Source: Chrysomallon squamiferum
Taxonomy: Eukaryota > Animalia > Mollusca
Direction of reading: 5' to 3'
DNA length: 64,000 nt
Assembly: GCA_012295275.1 (NCBI GenBank)
Contig: CM022668.1
Location: 14,322,001-14,386,000, forward strand
Position numbers and translations under genes: made by a program. The notes beneath the pieces are model-generated. The model was not told the DNA's origin and ran no database searches. It was given only the letters and a program-made list of their open reading frames with translations. Positions 1 through 59,506 of the stretch are shown here, one piece after another (the first letter of the stretch is position 1; each line of letters starts with the position of its first letter).

Positions 1-529
1 TTTATTTACTTACTTATTTATTTTGTTTTGAAAAGAAGAATCTTACTTAATTAAAAATACTCTATATCTCTGAAAATTATATTATTTAACACTATTCAAC
101 TGTGTATATATGTATGTATGTATGCATGTATTTATGTTTTTTTTTAAAATATATATATATATTTTTTTTTTACAAATTTGCTGGGTGGACATTTTATAGA
201 AAGAACAGTTTTGTTTGGTGTGGAAATTTCACAGAATCTGAAGTCTGTTTAAATGTACAAATAATCCATAGAATACATTGAGTGAAAAAATATTTTGTAG
301 TTTTGCACGTATGTATGTGTATGTTTGTCTTTGTGCTTGCATGTAGTGTGTATATTTGTTTCAGTGTAAATGTATCTGTGTGCTTCCATGTGTGTTTTTG
401 TGTCTATGTCTGTGTCTAATTAAGCGAATTTCAAGGCAACTAAATCCTAATAATGTGTTTTATTTTTAATAACGTTTGACCGTATCAATATCACTGCTAA
501 GCAGTCTTTTGTTTTTAAATCATTTGTCA

Positions 530-734
530 GATTTTTTACCACAGACAAATTAAATAAACATAAGATTTTCACTAATCAAATAAACTTAAGATTTTTGCCT
601 GTAGTCAAATCAAATAAACATATGATTTTTACCTGCAGGCAAATTAAATAAACGTATGATTTTTACCTGCAGACAAATTAAATAAACGTATGATTTTTAC
701 CTGCAGACAAATGAAATAAACGTATGATTTTTAC

Positions 735-745
<11 letters not shown>
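530..745. repeat. 34-bp tandem repeat containing copies of the exon 735-905 donor
   Basis: Unit gatttttacctgcagacaaattaaataaacgtat; about 6 copies decaying with distance from the exon. Confidence 0.9.
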
Positions 746-45455
<44,710 letters not shown>

Positions 45456-45734
45456 CTGCAAATACATAAAAAAAATAAATAAAAAAAATTAGTAAAAACA
45501 ATCGAATTAAGTTTACGTCTTATAAAAGATACATAAAACTTTAAACAAAATAAAAATAAAAATTATTTTGTAATCTGTTATATGTAAATATGATACTAAT
45601 AAAACATACATCAGCATCTTATCTTAAAGATTATAAAAAGTTCTCTGAAATGTTTTTTCCAAGTCATTACTAAAACACAAAATGTTCAAGATGTGAATGA
45701 TTTTCACTTTTATTGCTGATTTTATTAACATCTT

Positions 45735-45769
<35 letters not shown>

Positions 45770-46719
45770 CTCACTTTTTATTTTCCTTTTATTCTCTCCC
45801 CCTTTCTTTCACTTTCTTGTCATCTCTCAAATTTTCTATCTTTCTCTCTCTCCTACTCTCTCTTTCTTTATTTCTTTTTCTCAGACAGATGAATGAACAG
45901 ACAAAAAGCAACATCTGCTTGCACACAAACAGAAAAACTCTGAAATACTTAATTATGTAGCAATGATTTGTGTACAGGATTCACACAAATATACTGCAAA
46001 ATAGTGACAGTTGAGAAAATAAATGTCTGCTTTACGTTTATTTATAATCTGACGAGGTTAACTGCTTTGACTGTTAAAATAAATATTTTGATGATAAAAA
46101 CTGAAGAAAAAAAAAAGATTTAAAAACAATTTAAATGTTCTCGAATGATGGGTGTATGTGAATGTTAATGAAAAAGATGAAGAAAACAAAAAACAAATTA
46201 CTGAATCAGAGAGAGAGAGAGAGAGAAACAAAAAGAGAGAAAAGAAAAAAAAAAACCAAAAGAACGATAAAATGAGAAATTTTGATTATATTTTGGATCT
46301 CTGAGTTTTGTTAATTTGTTTACACCATTCTTATTATCTTCTATCTCCTAAATTCCTTTTAAATAACACTGACATGCAGAAATCTACGTGATGTCTAACA
46401 GATTAAACCTGATATCAGAATATCTGCAGAAAAACACACATCTTTAGAACTTAATGTCATCTTGAGCATGTACTTCATAAAACTCTAATATAAAAAACCA
46501 CGTTGCTTCCCAATAAATTTAGTTCTGGCATGGTCAGAACACTTTTAAGGCACCAAGTGCACTAAAGAATTGAAGAAAAGATTACAGATTATGTTCTAAG
46601 ATAGCCTAATAGCATTTGGAGACATTAATGTATCATAAAATGTTGTTTCTTAAAACATAAATATAATCAAAATAATAATAATAATAACAAGACGAAGTCT
46701 AGTGCATATATTATATCTG

Positions 46720-46750
<31 letters not shown>

Positions 46751-48556
46751 GTCTATATACATATATACACACCCACACACCCACACACACACTACTACAT
46801 GCAAATATGCATGTAAAATTATTTACACAGGTGTAATGTGTGTCTGTATACATGTAAGTATGTTTGGCCTGTGTTTACCGACATACATGTGTTCTTTTTT
46901 ATTTCCACTGACATTTCTTTTAAACTATTTCTGTACGTCTGTCTGTCTGTCTGTGTATGTGTTTATCAGAGTAATTTGAATGCAGGTATGTTGTTTGGTC
47001 AGGTAGAAAAACACATACACTGATTAAAATATAAGAACAGCAATGCTGTAAAATTATGACCTAAAATACACTGATAAATGCCTGGATGTACATCAAGCTT
47101 TAAGCAATATTTAATTAACTGCACTAGAAAACATTTAAACCTAATCAATCTTATACACAAGACAGGCTGAAAAAGATTAAAAACAGATTAATTTTATCCA
47201 GATTATATATTATATAAAAAAAAGAATTTTAAAAAACAAAGTAGGAATTTAAATAATGTTTTTGATTTTGATTCTTTTTTTAAAACTGAATTAGTATTGA
47301 TATTTGTCTGCAAATCTTAGAACAGAATAAGTTAGCTTGCATCTGCCAGTAAACTAGGTTTTAGCTTTTTCTTAAAAATAATTTAATATATCTTTTTTTA
47401 ATAATTAATTGATTTGACTGATTTATTAGCTTCAGTTTAGTTCTTTTTGTTATAAAACTTCAACAAAATAAAGAATTTTTTTTTTATTATCATTTAATAG
47501 TAAAAAAAAAAAAAAAATATTATTTTTATTATTTTAATAGTCTATATACTTTCTAATGCATATTCTTCCCAGAAAAATGAAAGAAAAAAATTATTTAAAA
47601 AATAAAACAATTAAAAATGTCTGACACTCTTGTTCATATTTACATCAAATACTACATCACCAAAACAAATGGTACTCTCTCTCTATCTCTGTATCTATAG
47701 CAACCAACCAAAGATTTTTTTTCCCATAGTAACAACAGCAAGGGGTCTTTTATGTGTGTGTTTTCCCAGCTTTCACAAAACCACCTATCAAGGGATGTGA
47801 TATGCCTGTGCCCTTCCTTGAAATAGAAATAACTTTCTTTCAGAAGGAATTCTCTTTCTCTCTCTCTCTCTCTCTCGGTCTCTGTCTCTCTTTCTTTTTT
47901 ATCAATCAGTGTCTCTCTCTCTCTCTCCAATCAAACAATCGCAACCTACCTATTTTAGTATTTATTTCACTTTTTTAATCAGCCTCTTTCTATCTATCTA
48001 TCTATCTACCTACCTATCTATCCATTTCAAATTACAATTCCTAACACTGCCAATAAAGTTGTTTTCAAACAAGCTCAACAAGGAAGACCACATGGTGAGT
48101 GGGACTACACCAAACAGATATATGTTAACCATGTGTGATATACCAGCCGTATTACATGCCAACACAGTATGTCACATTCCAGACCTTTTCAGACTGCTGC
48201 ATGTGTCTGTGCATGTTACATGTGTCTTGCTATAACACGTGTCTGCACTTGTGACAAGCGGCAATGTATTTGTTACGTGTATCATGTTATTTGTTACATT
48301 TGTCATGTTATTAGTTACGTTTCTGTGCTAGGTACTTGAATCATGTTATTTGTTGTAATGTGTGTGTACTTGTTACATCTATATGGTTATTTCTTATGTG
48401 TATCAATATATGTCATATATTTAAAAATCTAACGTAAGATGGTGTTTTTTTTTTTTTATAATGACATACTTTCTTTTTCGGTTTCCCTCTGATTTTTTCT
48501 GTTGTTCTTTCCAAACACAGTTTTATAGATTGCAGATAGAATGATGTTTGTGATTT

Positions 48557-48625
<69 letters not shown>

Positions 48626-50276
48626 ATGTATCAATATGTCTCATATTTTTACCCAACCTGAAAAATATATTTTGTTAGCAGCAAGTGCAATATAAAAACA
48701 TAAATGAATATAAAAACATAAACTTCAAAAAATACAAATATATTTATGATAATAATAACAATATTACTAAGAAGAAGACAAAGAAGAAGAAGAAAAAAAA
48801 AGAGAAAAAAATACAGAAAAAAACACACAGACATGTACTTTACTATAATGTGCTGTTAACATTCTTCTAGGTGGGTGAACTTGAACAAAACATAACTTTG
48901 TTAACGCCAGTAGAAAAGTCAGACATTACAGTATTCACGAACAAAGAAAAAACAGGTTTTTGAAAACAGCTGACAAATCATTTGTCAGTTGAAAACCAGA
49001 CAACAGCAGACTCAAGTCCTTATTTAAAAAGGTAAAGGTACAAAGGTGCTTCACAAACTTTTCTAATTAATAAGTCCTTTCAAAAATTTATTTAAACATT
49101 TTTGAATATCAAAGTAGCTGAAACAACTGCTTTTACCATAACTACTACTACTACTGCTGCTAGCACCATTACTACAACTACTTCTACCAATACCACCATT
49201 ATAACTACTACACTTTCCATCACTATCACTGTTATTGCTACAATAAAACTACTACTACTATTATTGCTACCACTTAAACTATTATCTATATTTTACTGAT
49301 TCACCAACCTATGTTTTTCATAATATTAACCTTTTGAGTATCAACACCAGTCAAAAGCTTTTGAGTAACAACAACAGCCAAAACCTTCTGATAAAACACA
49401 ATAAAAGTTCCAGATGATTATATAGTTTGAAAAAACAAGTATCAAAGTAACCAAAACCCTCTACCATTAATATTGAGTTTAATTCCAAATTCCATGTTAT
49501 TATTATTTTATATACAGAAGTTCCAACTTCAACAGGGCATTTTTTCAAAACCAGAATACTGAAAGCTTTCTACATTAAGATAAAGCCCATAAAAACCAAT
49601 TCTACAAGTAGTCAACAGCCTTGCAAAAGCCTTCATGATTTGAAGCAAAATCTCCATCTGTTTTTTTATTTATTTTTTTTTTTTCATACCAAGACTCATA
49701 CGTGATCACACACATGTGCATTTCAACAAAAACAATGATGACAGCATCTTTTTTTTTTTTTTTTTTTTACGATTCACAGGCAAAGTTCTGAAGCATGTTC
49801 TGATGTCTGACTCCACCTTGATAACAACTCTCCCACACTCTCTTCTCGTATGTATCATCCGTTATAAACTCTTGTCTATCACAGTTTCTGAACATCGGAT
49901 GATAACTGGAGGCGCACACAGATAGCCACCGTGCATTACACATTCTGTCTATCAGACATCTCCTCCGTCTGCTTCACCAGATACCAGCAATCTTGTTTCA
50001 CCACTGTCTATTGTTGTCAAACAAGCTGCCAAGCTCTTTGATGTGAACCTAAACGATGTGGTCTGATTGCCGATGACGGATTGGGGAGTGAGGTAACTCT
50101 GGAGGAACACGTGTGTGTGTGTGTGCGACTGTAAGTTATCAACAATGTTGACTGCGGTGCAGATAACACTGATTTATTTCTCGGTGAAAAGTGGATGTCT
50201 TTAGTGTTTGTTTATGTAAAAAGAAAACTCTTGTTGGATCTTTCTGCTTCTTTACTCACATATACACGCATGCACG

Positions 50277-50319
<43 letters not shown>

Positions 50320-51581
50320 ACACAGGTAGACTCAATTTGTCAAGTTTGAAAAACAGAAGTTTCATATTCAAAAAATGTTTTTTGTTCTGTTATTTTTGCT
50401 GCTTCTGCCATTATTTCTATTATTATCTGTATTCCTGCTTTTAACATGTTATATTCATTAACAGATTTTACCAATTTTCATCACTTTAATATATCTTTAC
50501 AGCTACATCAAATATATGCAAAAGCAGAAACACATCACAATGTGCAAATATAAATGTTGTGTGTTTTGATCATACATTTATGTAACTTTATAGCCATACC
50601 TATTTCAAAGTCAAAAATCTATAAAGGCAGATACTTTTATGCCTACTTATATATATATATACATATAAAGTAGGCATAAAAGTATGTGGTATAATCTACT
50701 CTTGCAGATTTTAACTTTGAAATATGTGTGCTTATGATATTATATAACTTACAAATTCAATTATCTATCTATCTTTGTACATATATATGCATGTATATGT
50801 ATATATGGTGAAAAATAGATTGTATAATGTCTGCATATGAACATAGTGCTATGTAGATATAACAAGCTGACTGGATGTTTAAAAGTTAATTGTCTTTGAT
50901 CTCACATTTATAGTTAATTGCTGCTTTCAACCAGTTTGTAAGAATCCTGTGTTACACCACAGAGATCTGTGGCCACTTTTAAGACTGGATTTTATGACTG
51001 TTACTAGATTAAGTCACAAACTGAGTTGTCAGAAGAGCTGACTAAAACTGCTTGTCTATCAATGAATGACATCTCTTGATGTTGTAATAATGAGTAAATG
51101 TGTGTGTGTTTGTAGTTAGGTGTGGGTGTGTGCTGTGTATGTGTGCATGTGTGTGCTCATGTGTGTATTTTGTATGTGAATGAATGTGTATGTGTATTTC
51201 TTGCTTATGTGTGTGTTTTCTGTTAAGCTGCATTGACATATGTCTTAAATTATCTGTGAGAAAGAGAGAGAGAAAGAAAAGATAATATAAAGGAAGAAAA
51301 GCATTGAAAATTAAAATGGAGATAAAGAAAAAAGGAAGAATACAAAGAAAAAGACTGATGGAAGGTGAAAGAAGAGAGAAAAAGAAAAAAAAAAAAAATG
51401 CCAAGATGAGAGACAACAAAATAATTAAATAAAAGTCTTAATCTTTTTATAATCTCCTACCACAGAGACTACTTCAAGTGTGATTTTATATTTAATGCAT
51501 AACTCAAAAATTTAATTATCTATATAGCTAACTCTGTTATTTAACAGTAATTACTATTTTGATTAAATTTAAACACAGACC

Positions 51582-51625
<44 letters not shown>

Positions 51626-51919
51626 ACGTATGTAACATAATCCTAATTATAATTTTAAACACATGCGTATAATTATGTGTAATATTACATGAAGTGTTGT
51701 TATTACTCTGGTTTCATGTTTACTGTACTTGACATGAGATGAATAATAATATCATATATTACACTTGTTGTAGTGACATGTAAATAATAAAATACTGTCA
51801 CTGTGTTTTAAAAACAGGTTCTACTGAGTTCTCACAGACACACAGACATTGAGAGTTTGTAAAGGAGGAAAGGACAGAGAATGAGGCAGAGATAGAGAGA
51901 ATGAAAGAGAGAGATATAA

Positions 51920-52027
<108 letters not shown>

Positions 52028-52784
52028 GGAAAATGATCAAATGCATAATTAGGGCTAATATATTTCTGTGTACTAAGAACAAATTAATGAGCTAAAATAA
52101 ACCACTTTACGATGTACCTATCAACATAACCAGCACATTTTCCTGTTTATTGCATGGACTTAAATCTAATTACCTCTACATCGTGGCAAAGCCTATTCTT
52201 GGACAACTAGATGACCTCTCTCTCTCTCTCTCTCCTCCCCTGTTGGTTACAATTCTCCGAATAAAAACAATGAATATGTGTGAACAGTGCATTTTACAAT
52301 CTGCTACAACTGCCAGACATTGTCAGGAGAGAATTGGCACCAATCTAATTTAGATCAGTAATCATCTACGGTTTCTGTTTGGAAGCTAAATAAAGCTGCT
52401 TCTGCAGTCAGTTTGTCAATTCTAAAAAGGATGTGTGATCAAAAATAGAACCCATTCACCTCAGATGGGTTATTTGTTATTCAAATAATGCTGACCAGTT
52501 TAAAAATACACACACATATATGTATATGTCTATGTATGTACGTATGTATGTATGACAGTTGCTTCTACATAAATAAAAGAAAAAAAGAATAAATGGATAT
52601 CGTTTAAAACTTTCTTATTGTGGTTTAAATGTAATGAATCTTTGTTAAATGCCATTATGTGGCCATTTATTATGTTGTCTTCAGAAATTAGCAGTTGTCT
52701 CGGGTTGTTACATCCAGATGTTGTCTTAAATTGTAATCTTAGGTAAGAATTGTGTATCAAATTTTATGTAAGTGTAAGAACCCT

Positions 52785-53270
52785 ATCTTATCTTAAATCT
52801 GATGATAAGAATTAAATGTTATCTAAAAACAAACAGTATCCTATCTTAAATCAGACTATAAAATCCAAATTATCTAAACCACAGAATGCTGTCTTAAATC
52901 AGACTGTAAGATCCAAATGTTATCTAAACCATGGTAAATGATCTTAAATCAGACTACAGGGTCCAAATGTTATGTAAACAACAGTCAATTATTTTAAAAC
53001 AGTAAGAATCAAATGTTATCTAAACCATGATTAACTATCTTAAATCAGACTATAAAATCAAAATGATCTAATCCATAGAACGATATCTTATGAGATCCAC
53101 ATGCTATCTAAACAGTAAATTATTTTAAAACAGTAAGAATCAAATGTTATCTAAACCATCATAAATCATCCAAAATCAGACCTATAAAATCCAAATGTTA
53201 TCTAAACCATGGTACATTATCCTAAATCAGACTGCAAAAATCCAAATGTTATCTAAACCCTAGTAAATAA
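52785..53270. repeat. Degenerate ~45-50-bp tandem repeat
   Basis: cttaaatcagactataaaatccaaatgttatctaaacc repeated about 10 times. Confidence 0.85.
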
Positions 53271-53398
53271 TCTTCCATCAGAGTTCAAACAGATTTATAT
53301 TACCAGAAATTAATTTGGAAAGCAACAACAACAACAAAAAAAAAAAAAATAATAATAATAAAAAAAATGTTTCTTCATTGTATATCTCTCTACATTTC

Positions 53399-53434
<36 letters not shown>

Positions 53435-54152
53435 CTGTTTTTCAAAGCTGTAATCCCGTACAATCTTTCTGCCTCAAAGTCAACATTTATTTACACAGTG
53501 GTGGAAAAAAAAACAATCAAAACTTGGCTGGTTTATCAAATAAGTCAAGGGAACTATCTACAGGGCAAAACCAGATCTCCTTGCCTTGCACTCAGGTGCT
53601 GTACGTGTTGTTGTGTGCACCTTGGAAACTAGCAGCAACTAAAATGCTTGCTTAATTGTGTGTGTACACTCAAAACTAATTATGGTGAAATCAGAAAGAG
53701 GAAAGTGCAGAAAAAAAAAAAAAAAAAAAAAAAACCCTAGCAGATTAAAGGAAAGGTAAAAAAAAAAAAAAAAAAAATAAGAAATATAATAAAACAGAAA
53801 AAAAAAAGTTTTTGGCTAAAGAACAAAAAGATGAGTTAGAATGTTCTTTTTTTTTTTTTTTTCTTTTTAGTGCTTCTTGTGTTTGGTGATTTACAGACTG
53901 AAGAGAGAAAAGAAAAGCAATATTAATGTCAGTTATTGTTTACAGAGGTAATTATATCTGAATTTTTTTTTAGGCATTAACTAGCGTTTACATTCAGGTT
54001 TTCAAATAAAGGGTTGAAGCTTTTGTTGGTATGATATCCCCTCCCCCCCATTATGAAAAGAAAATAAGTAACAAATAAACACTGCACTTTTGAAAAACAA
54101 AATAAAGGTACAAAGAAAGGTCAACTGTAAAAAACTCACATTTTTGAATAGA

Positions 54153-54194
<42 letters not shown>

Positions 54195-54717
54195 GCCAGT
54201 ATGCTGTCTTTAATAATGTCTTTAGATACAATTTTTGTTTAAAAAAAAAAGTACTGGAAAAAAGAAAAAAGTTAATCCATATCTTAATAATGAATGGTAT
54301 CAGTTTTTTTTTTAATGCAAAACCTTGAAAAGCAAAGGTGCAATTAAGAAAGAGAAATTAAAAAAAATTCTAGGTATATTTTTCAAGAAAACAAATTCTT
54401 GAAATTTCTGATTTCTGAAGAGAGAGAGAGAGAGAGAGAGAGAGGGTGTTAAGGGACCAGGGTGGGAAGGGATCAGTAGTATTTAACTATAAGCAGACTG
54501 CTGTTTTAATAAGAATAAAGAAAGCATGTCTAACACTATATTTTCAATAGAAAAAACAACTTTCTAAAATCCAAAACAACCAAAACAAAATTAAAAATTC
54601 AGGAAATGGTATTTACAATATTTTTAACAAGTCAGGAAAATCCAGAATAATATATTTCACAATACTCTGAAAAAAAAGAAAAAGAAGAAAGAAATAATAA
54701 AAGAAATACGACTGTTC

Positions 54718-55280
54718 ATTTTTTTTTCTCAAAAAATATGCCATGTTTTTAAGTAACATCTGGTAAAGACGATTTGAAATATTCATTAACCATGAAAAAC
54801 ACTTCAAGATGTTTTCGAAAAGTAAAATTCCTAAAACTTCCGTAGAAAAAAAAAAAGTGACAAAGTCTCTTTAAATCTGATTATATTATTAGCTTCTTTA
54901 ACAAAATGAAGATATTTATGTTTAATATCTTGAAGGTCAATTCTCAAAATGTTTTATTTTTTTTATTTATTATTTTTTTTTTTGAACATGGTCTCTTTAA
55001 TATTGCTGTTTTTTTCATAATAGGTAATAAAACATGAAGGAAATTCTAAAGCTGTATTTGAAAAAAAGCTGTATCTGAAAAAAAAAAATATGCAAGTGAT
55101 AAAGTATCTTTAAAATCCATGCCATGTTTTTAAATAACAGCTGGAAAAACTGACAGAGGTATCATGAACCAGAGGAACAAAATCTCAATGATCCATTTTC
55201 ACAAGTAGAACTGCTAACTAAAACTTCAGAAAAAAAAAAGAAAAAAAAATGTATTTAATCTGATTATAGTGGCTTCAGTA
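54718..55280. repeat. Diverged ~170-bp direct duplication (about 54738-54897 and 55119-55277)
   Basis: atgccatgtttttaaRtaaca...ctaaaacttc...aatctgattata...gcttc occurs twice. Confidence 0.7.
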
Positions 55281-55633
55281 AAGAATTCTTGTTTAAAAAA
55301 AAAAAAAAAAATTACACTGTACTTGATAACATGTAATTTCTTTTAACAAAAAGAGAGAGAAAAAAATTCTTTAAGATTATTTCAGTAATTGGGATTAGTA
55401 AAGAAAAGGAAAGCTGTTTTCAAGAATTAAATTCACATATTGTTTTTTTTTAAATATATGTGTCTAATAAATACTCTAAATCATTTCTGAGGATTATAAA
55501 TATGACAGAAGCATCTTTACTTAAATTTATTTTTTAAACTGACTGTAAGTATTTTTAAATAAAAAAAAATAAAAATCTGCCAACATACTTCAAATTACTT
55601 AAATCTGTAATAACAATGCCATATCTTTATCCT

Positions 55634-55664
<31 letters not shown>

Positions 55665-58593
55665 TAAAAATATAGAAAATAAATTCCTCTCTAGCAAGGG
55701 TGATAGTTATCTTTAAAATCCTGTGAGGAAAAAAACGATGTTTTTCCTTCTTTCTTTTTTGTACAGAGAGACTTTAGAAAACAAACAGAGTATTCATCTT
55801 AAGCTGTACATAACATTTCCACCACTGTCCTAACACATTTCAAACAGATATATAAAAAAAACAAAATATGCCAATTCAAACAATTTTCGTGCAGTTGCTC
55901 AACTTCGGTTTTTTTTAATCCATTTTTGGGTCAATAAATATTGATTGTCTGTCTTATGGAAAGCTTGAAAGGAAGAGAGTCAAAGATTCACTCTCCAAGC
56001 ACTCAGAAAATGTGAAAAACTTGTCCAGCGACGCAAGAAAAATCTATTAGTGGTGCTCAGGAACAGGCAAGTTGAAAAGTCGAGTTTACTAACAGTCTGA
56101 GCATGTTGGGACAAAAATGTTTTGTTTACTGTTATATCTATCTTTCTATCTATTTATATAGAAACATAGATAGAGAGAGAGAGAGACAGACAGAGGAGGA
56201 ATTGGTTAGTTAATGGTTATATTTCGATAGAACTTCATTAAAATATTACTGTTTTGCAAACACAATATGAACGTATATAATACTTTCTTGCTTTCTGTGA
56301 AACATATATAAATACATAAATATTATGTGGGTAATCATATATAAATGTGAATACACATACATATATGTACCCATCAATTCATTCTCACTATTTTCTTTCT
56401 TTCTTCTTTCTCCATCTCTTTTTCTGTCCAAGAAAGACACATACACACTCAAACAGACACAAACAGACATACACATATACACAAATAGACATACACGTAT
56501 ACACAAATAGACACATACACACCCAATGACAGTCACGTACACAGTTCTAAAATTACAAATAGTTTTAATTATGTATCTGATTATTTACATCATCGTAACA
56601 TTGCATGCTATATGATATCATTATTTATCTCACGGCAAGCACAGAAAATATGAAACCACACACTTCATGTCTAGATGTAATTAAATGTCTGTTAAATGGT
56701 GATTAATAGGACTGCAGTAGAATCAGATACATATAATTATATTAAGTAGATATGCACGAGGTAACTAGAAACAACAAAACAAGTGTGTAAAAAATATTAT
56801 AATTAGTATTATGGTAAATATTATATTTCATATATAAACACAGTGTTGTATATAGAAATTTAATTAGTAACAAACTACAGGAGAGAGTGTGTTTATTTTT
56901 GCGTAACATCTTTACTTAGCTGTGTAGGTAATTAAATTTGAAGAATATGTAATAAGTCTAAAAGCCAGACTTAAGTACAGTTATGATGCATTCCCTATGG
57001 TAGAAAACTGAAAATATGATTTTTTATTAAATTTCCTGTTCACACTCTTTGTGTTTTGAAAACTTTAATTTATTTCTCTCATCACTTCCATTTTGTATCT
57101 TCCTTTTCTCTTCTGTCTTTAACATACATTTACCTTTTCTTTTTTCAGACACCACTCAAAATGCACATTTAAATGTGCACACCTGTATATCCATATATAT
57201 TTACCTATCTCTCTCTCACCTGTCTTTCTATTTTTCTCACTTTCTTGGGTTTTTTCTCTTTCTGACACACTCACTTTCATCATCTCTCTTTCCTTAATTC
57301 ACTAAAATCCATTTTTATAACATGGACACAGGATTTGATTATTTACATCACAACAGCATGGTGTTATCTGATATATTATTATTCAACTCATGCCAAGTAC
57401 AGTAAATATGAAACCAGTGTAGTAACAACACTTCACGTCATACGACACATAATTAAACATGCGTGTTAAATATTATAATTAGCTCTATGAGTAATGAAGC
57501 TGGCCTCGTTAAGGTTAACAATAGCTTTAATTAACGAGCTGCACCAAACAAAGAATGGAGATAATCTTTTATTATTACACACAAGAGGTAATTTGAGCAG
57601 ACAGATAAGTCATAGAGTAAACATTTGGATCAACAAGAACTTACATGTTACAGGAAGAAATTAGTTTATCTGTCTTTCTTATGAAAGTTGTTAGTATGGG
57701 TTATATATAATATTTACATATGTATATATTTACATAGAAGACATACATACACACACACATAAATGATATATATATAAATATGTACACACAAACATATATT
57801 AAAATTAAAAAAACACATACACATATGCATATGTATCCATATATTATACATACATTATATATGTAAATAAATACATGACAATTATTAACACTTACACATC
57901 TTTTGTGTGTGTGTTAATTAAACAGGTATTTAACCAATTCAATGAATTATTTGTCATATGTCTGTGTGTGAATATGTCACTGCATGCTATGTGCATATTA
58001 GCATACTGTTTGTGCATAAGAATATGAACATTAACATATGCATCAGTTACATATTAATATGTACATGTGTTCATGAACATGATATAGTAATCATTTCTAA
58101 AAATCTGCCTTAATTTATCCCGTCAAAAAATTTATAAACTCCATCAATCATACTGACTTTATGTTTGTTTTATTATATGTATTATATTTTTACTGCACAC
58201 ATTGTAAATATAATGATATATAGGCATTTACGTTTTGCTTTACATTATTTTAAAAAAATTTATGACATTTATAAACTGTAATATACTTAAAAATAGGTAA
58301 TAATAGGTCAAATGCAAAAAAAAAAAAAAAGAAAGCTCTGTATCACACTAAGATTTATAATCAGAAATGCTTTGCTATACATATTCTTTTTCACTATTAT
58401 AAATTATAAATACGCACAAAAAAATTGGACAACATATGAAGAAAGTTTTCTTAACCTCACTGCAGTTAATACATTACAGGCACAAAAGTTTTATTCACAT
58501 ATCTTGTTTACTATGTAACTTGTAAATGTAGTCTGTTAGAAATAGATAATACATAAAGAAAACTATATACTTAGTTGAGGTTTATAGGCAGGT

Positions 58594-58632
<39 letters not shown>

Positions 58633-59452
58633 TGTATACATACATACATATATGTATTTTTGTTTACATGTTGATTAAATTGTAAATATAGTATATAATG
58701 GATAATATATGAAGTTAGCTCTGGACTAAGCTATTATTTAGGGCATATGAACACAAACACACACACAAACACACACACACACACACACACATTATTATAA
58801 TTTTGTTTTTTTAGGGTTTAATAATTACAGAAATTTCAAGACAAGTCCAATGTTTTATAGTTATCACATAAATATATCAAAACGTACAAACTGTATCTGA
58901 AAAAAAAAAAAGGTCTGAAATGAGCAAGTTATACATCAATCATGATTTCATGGTCTGTTGATTCTAGAAGCAACAGAGTGGAACAGATGAACTTGATGGG
59001 AAAAAAAAAAAAAAAAAAAAAAAAAACATCTTCAGAAAAGTGCAAGTCACAATGAACCTAGAAATGCTACTGGTATTTATATACACAATCATTGAAAATG
59101 TGCACTCAATTGTATCTCATTTTTTTTGTTCTGAGTTCAGTTTCTTGTTTTTTTTTGTTTTTTTGTTTATTTTTTTAAAACATTTTTCACAATAATAAAA
59201 AGGTGAGAATATTAATTTATAATACTAGTAAAAATAATAACAACACTCTAGTTGTAGTTGTGGTGAAGGTAGTTTTAGCACTGGTATCAGTAGCAACAGT
59301 AATAGTTATAAAAACTAAAAACAGCAGCAGTAGTGGTGGTATTAGTAGTAGTAGTAGTAGTAATTATAGTGATAATAGGGGAATAATAATAGTAGTAAAA
59401 GCAGTAATGATAGTATTAGCAGCTGCAGTAATAGTAGCAACAGCAGTAGTAT

Positions 59453-59506
<54 letters not shown>

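Noticed and set aside
49381-49440. Possible DIP2 exon 1 ending TTA TCA GAA G|gt (LSE-G)
   Set aside because: The upstream frame has a stop and no LAELELE similarity, and the donor is poor; exon 1 is probably outside the window.
53590-53632. Plus-strand cag|GTGCTG exon giving a Cys-rich peptide if joined to 50073-50092
   Set aside because: It would give only an 18-aa peptide with no homology; splice signals are at chance level.
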